From positions 2,170-66,169 of the forward strand of contig JBBCJU010000003.1 in NCBI GenBank assembly GCA_037190145.1: a stretch of DNA of 64,000 nt, written 5' to 3'. The notes below the pieces were generated by a model. That model saw only the letters and a list, made by a program, of their open reading frames with translations. It was not told where the DNA came from and made no database searches. The stretch comes from Fimbriimonadaceae bacterium. Its GTDB lineage: Bacteria > Armatimonadota > Fimbriimonadia > Fimbriimonadales > Fimbriimonadaceae. Position numbers and translations under genes: made by a program. Positions 62,183 through 64,000 of the stretch are shown here, piece by piece (position 1 is the first letter of the stretch; each line of letters opens with the position of its first letter).

Positions 62183-63478
62183 TTAGGCCCCGGCGAGTGC
62201 GACTTCCTTGATATCGGCATTCTGGAGCAAGAACTCGCTAACTTTGCGAGAAATTGCCCGATATGTCAGCTCTTCCATGGCATTGTTCTTCTGAAGCATC
62301 TCCAACATCTGTTGTGGCTCCACTCCAAACTCTCTCGCCATGGCAAACAATTCTTGGTTAAGGCTCTCATTGTCGATCTGCATCTTCTCTTGCTCAAAGA
62401 TAGTGCGGATCATAAGGGCACGAACTACGTGGGTCTTTGCCTTCTCACGCCAAGCCTCTACCAAACCTTCAATGGTCATCCCATTCTCTGCGGCATGCGC
62501 TTCCATGGTTTTGCCTTGCTGACGAACCTCTTGCTCAGTTTCGTAGAGCCTTCGGTTGGCCAGCTGCTCCCACATATTGTCGCTAACTTCTACCTTACTT
62601 CGCTCCAGTAGCTTTTCAAGAAGCTGCTCGGTAGTCATCTCTCGCACCATGTCATTCTTAGCGCGCAAAATGCCCTCTCGCAGCTTAACCTTGAGATCGT
62701 CAACGTTATCGGTCTTCAAGCTCTGGGCAAATGCATCATCGATCTCAGGCAGGGTGACCGCACTGATTGAATTTAGGGTAACCAAGCTCTTATGAGTCTG
62801 TCCAGCCCAATCCTTTTCTTGGAAGTTCTCAGGGAATGTCAGCTCAAGGTTCTTCATCTCTTCAACCTTCATTCCGAGCAAAGCTTCGTCTAGTTGAGGG
62901 AAAGTCTTTCCGACAACGGTCATGAAGTTTCGACCGTCGCTCTCAACTCCCTCAAGCTTGATGTTTACTACCGATACATCGCCTTCTTCTGCGCCACGGT
63001 CAGTTACCGCTGTGCGTGAGTGGCGTTGCTTTCGCAACTCTTCGATCTGGTAATCCACTTCCTCTTCGGTGACCTCGATAGCTGGTCGCTCAATCTCAAG
63101 CCCTTTATATTCACCAAGCTCTACGACTGGAGGCAGAGGAACCTTGGCATTAAACTCACAGGCGGCCTCGTCTCGATCAATTTTGATAAGCTCAACGGCC
63201 GGAGCGGTTCCAGGATCAGCCTGAATCTTCTCCTGCTCAATAGCAGCTCGGAAAGCGGCTCGAACAATGTTCTCAGCAGCTTCTTCACTCAGATGCCCAG
63301 GATCAATCATCTTATCGATCATTGCCTTAGGAACATGACCAGGTCGGAAACCAGGCATCTTAATGGTCTTAGAAATCGTCTTTACGGCTTTCTCATAGCC
63401 GGCTTTTACCTGCGCTTCATCACAAACGATGTTCAGTTTAACTGTGCAGGGGTTCAAATCTTCGCGAGTTACTTGCAT
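62183..63478 (-). CDS. tig: Trigger factor
   Basis: MPGFRPGHVPK ribosome-binding signature. 431 aa. Canonical tig-clpP-clpX order. Confidence 0.95.
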   Translation of the reverse strand: MQVTREDLNPCTVKLNIVCDEAQVKAGYEKAVKTISKTIKMPGFRPGHVPKAMIDKMIDPGHLSEEAAENIVRAAFRAAIEQEKIQADPGTAPAVELIKIDRDEAACEFNAKVPLPPVVELGEYKGLEIERPAIEVTEEEVDYQIEELRKQRHSRTAVTDRGAEEGDVSVVNIKLEGVESDGRNFMTVVGKTFPQLDEALLGMKVEEMKNLELTFPENFQEKDWAGQTHKSLVTLNSISAVTLPEIDDAFAQSLKTDNVDDLKVKLREGILRAKNDMVREMTTEQLLEKLLERSKVEVSDNMWEQLANRRLYETEQEVRQQGKTMEAHAAENGMTIEGLVEAWREKAKTHVVRALMIRTIFEQEKMQIDNESLNQELFAMAREFGVEPQQMLEMLQKNNAMEELTYRAISRKVSEFLLQNADIKEVALAGA

Positions 63479-63724
63479 GGCGGTAGGTGGGGCGCAAACC
63501 CCTGTGAATACACGATTGTACCTTGGGCCTTACCTCCAAGAACTTCCCAGCATTTGATGACATTAAGGACGGTCCTAATGACTCATTGCTCGAAACGCTC
63601 ACGCATATTTCGAATGCTCACGTAAGCCGTAAAATCCTATTTCTCTCTGAATCAACTGCACAACTATTTCAAATAGTATTTTGGGGACAACAAGGTACGA
63701 GCGCAGAGCCAAACGGTCATGCCT

Positions 63725-63955
63725 TTAGTCGAATATATCCATCAACCAGTTTTTCTTTTTGCGCCCGTCCCGACGGTAGTCGTCATCATCATCGTCGTCA
63801 TAGCGATGCGATCGTTGGTCCTGCGATCGAGCCACAATCTTATCTAGTTCGCCTCGATCTAACCACACTCCACGACATTGTGGGCAGTAATCAATCTCAA
63901 CACCATTCTTGTCAGTCATCATCAGATCGACTGTCGAGCACGTAGGGCACTTCAT
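63725..63955 (-). CDS. TFIIB-type zinc-ribbon protein with poly-Asp tract
   Basis: MKCPTC...YCPQCRGVWLDRGELDKI is the common bacterial zf-TFIIB family pattern. It is followed by DDDDDDD and a basic tail. Confidence 0.65.
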   Translation of the reverse strand: MKCPTCSTVDLMMTDKNGVEIDYCPQCRGVWLDRGELDKIVARSQDQRSHRYDDDDDDDYRRDGRKKKNWLMDIFD

Positions 63956-64000
63956 TGTGTCAATGAACGATTAAAACTGCCTTTTCGTTGCGCTGAAAAC

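Noticed and set aside
61877-62611. 244-aa plus-strand ORF spanning the clpP-tig junction. There are similar antisense ORFs within clpX and tig (for example 60244..60756 and 63020..63625).
   Set aside because: They cross intergenic gaps and lie opposite textbook-conserved genes, so they are shadow ORFs.
1-64000. Scanned for CRISPR arrays, rRNA, IS elements or transposases, integrases, prophage genes and large exact repeats.
   Set aside because: None were seen. The only repetitive structures found are the hutH-hutU tandem repeat, the paralog pair at 25060-26123 and the internal PPC repeats of the pseudogene.

Overview
This is a bacterial chromosomal window of about 50% GC by eye, with clear compositional patches. 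It is mostly housekeeping and central metabolism, interrupted by small accessory islets. I cannot name the taxon from sequence alone. Two PEP-CTERM tails imply an exosortase-bearing, diderm-type organism.

Core content:
- A tightly packed minus-strand operon: gcvH-gcvPA-gcvPB-murI-alr-lipoate ligase-like.
- trmD-rplS-lepB, an acyl-CoA dehydrogenase, glnA and ggt.
- A THF-dependent histidine utilisation set: hutH, hutU, hutI and a fused glutamate formiminotransferase-cyclodeaminase.
- A DAG-kinase-family lipid kinase, tig-clpP-clpX and mscL.
- Three tRNAs: Glu-CUC, a CAU-anticodon tRNA and Gln-CUG.

Accessory or unusual content:
1. An AT-rich three-gene module next to tRNA-Glu: a DUF262/ParB-like protein, an Rx4H HEPN protein and a complete C5 cytosine methyltransferase. 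This is my best candidate for a defence system.
2. Two unrelated vapBC modules, a PNGase F-like gene and a tandem pair of unknown paralogs, all sitting between the hut genes.
3. A histidine kinase, a response regulator and a stand-alone KdpD N-terminal/Usp sensor, with no kdp pump genes in view.
4. A radical SAM enzyme with a cysteine-less SPASM-like tail, translationally coupled to a 110-aa cysteine-free protein.
5. A secreted repeat protein disrupted by an in-frame TAG and by a frameshift in an A6 run.
6. A degenerate ~62-bp tandem repeat in the hutH-hutU spacer, and a GC-rich patch spanning hutH-hutU.
7. A structured, terminator-ended non-coding stretch upstream of tRNA-Gln.

I saw no CRISPR array, rRNA, transposase or integrase. 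All calls rest on motif recognition by eye; no searches were run.
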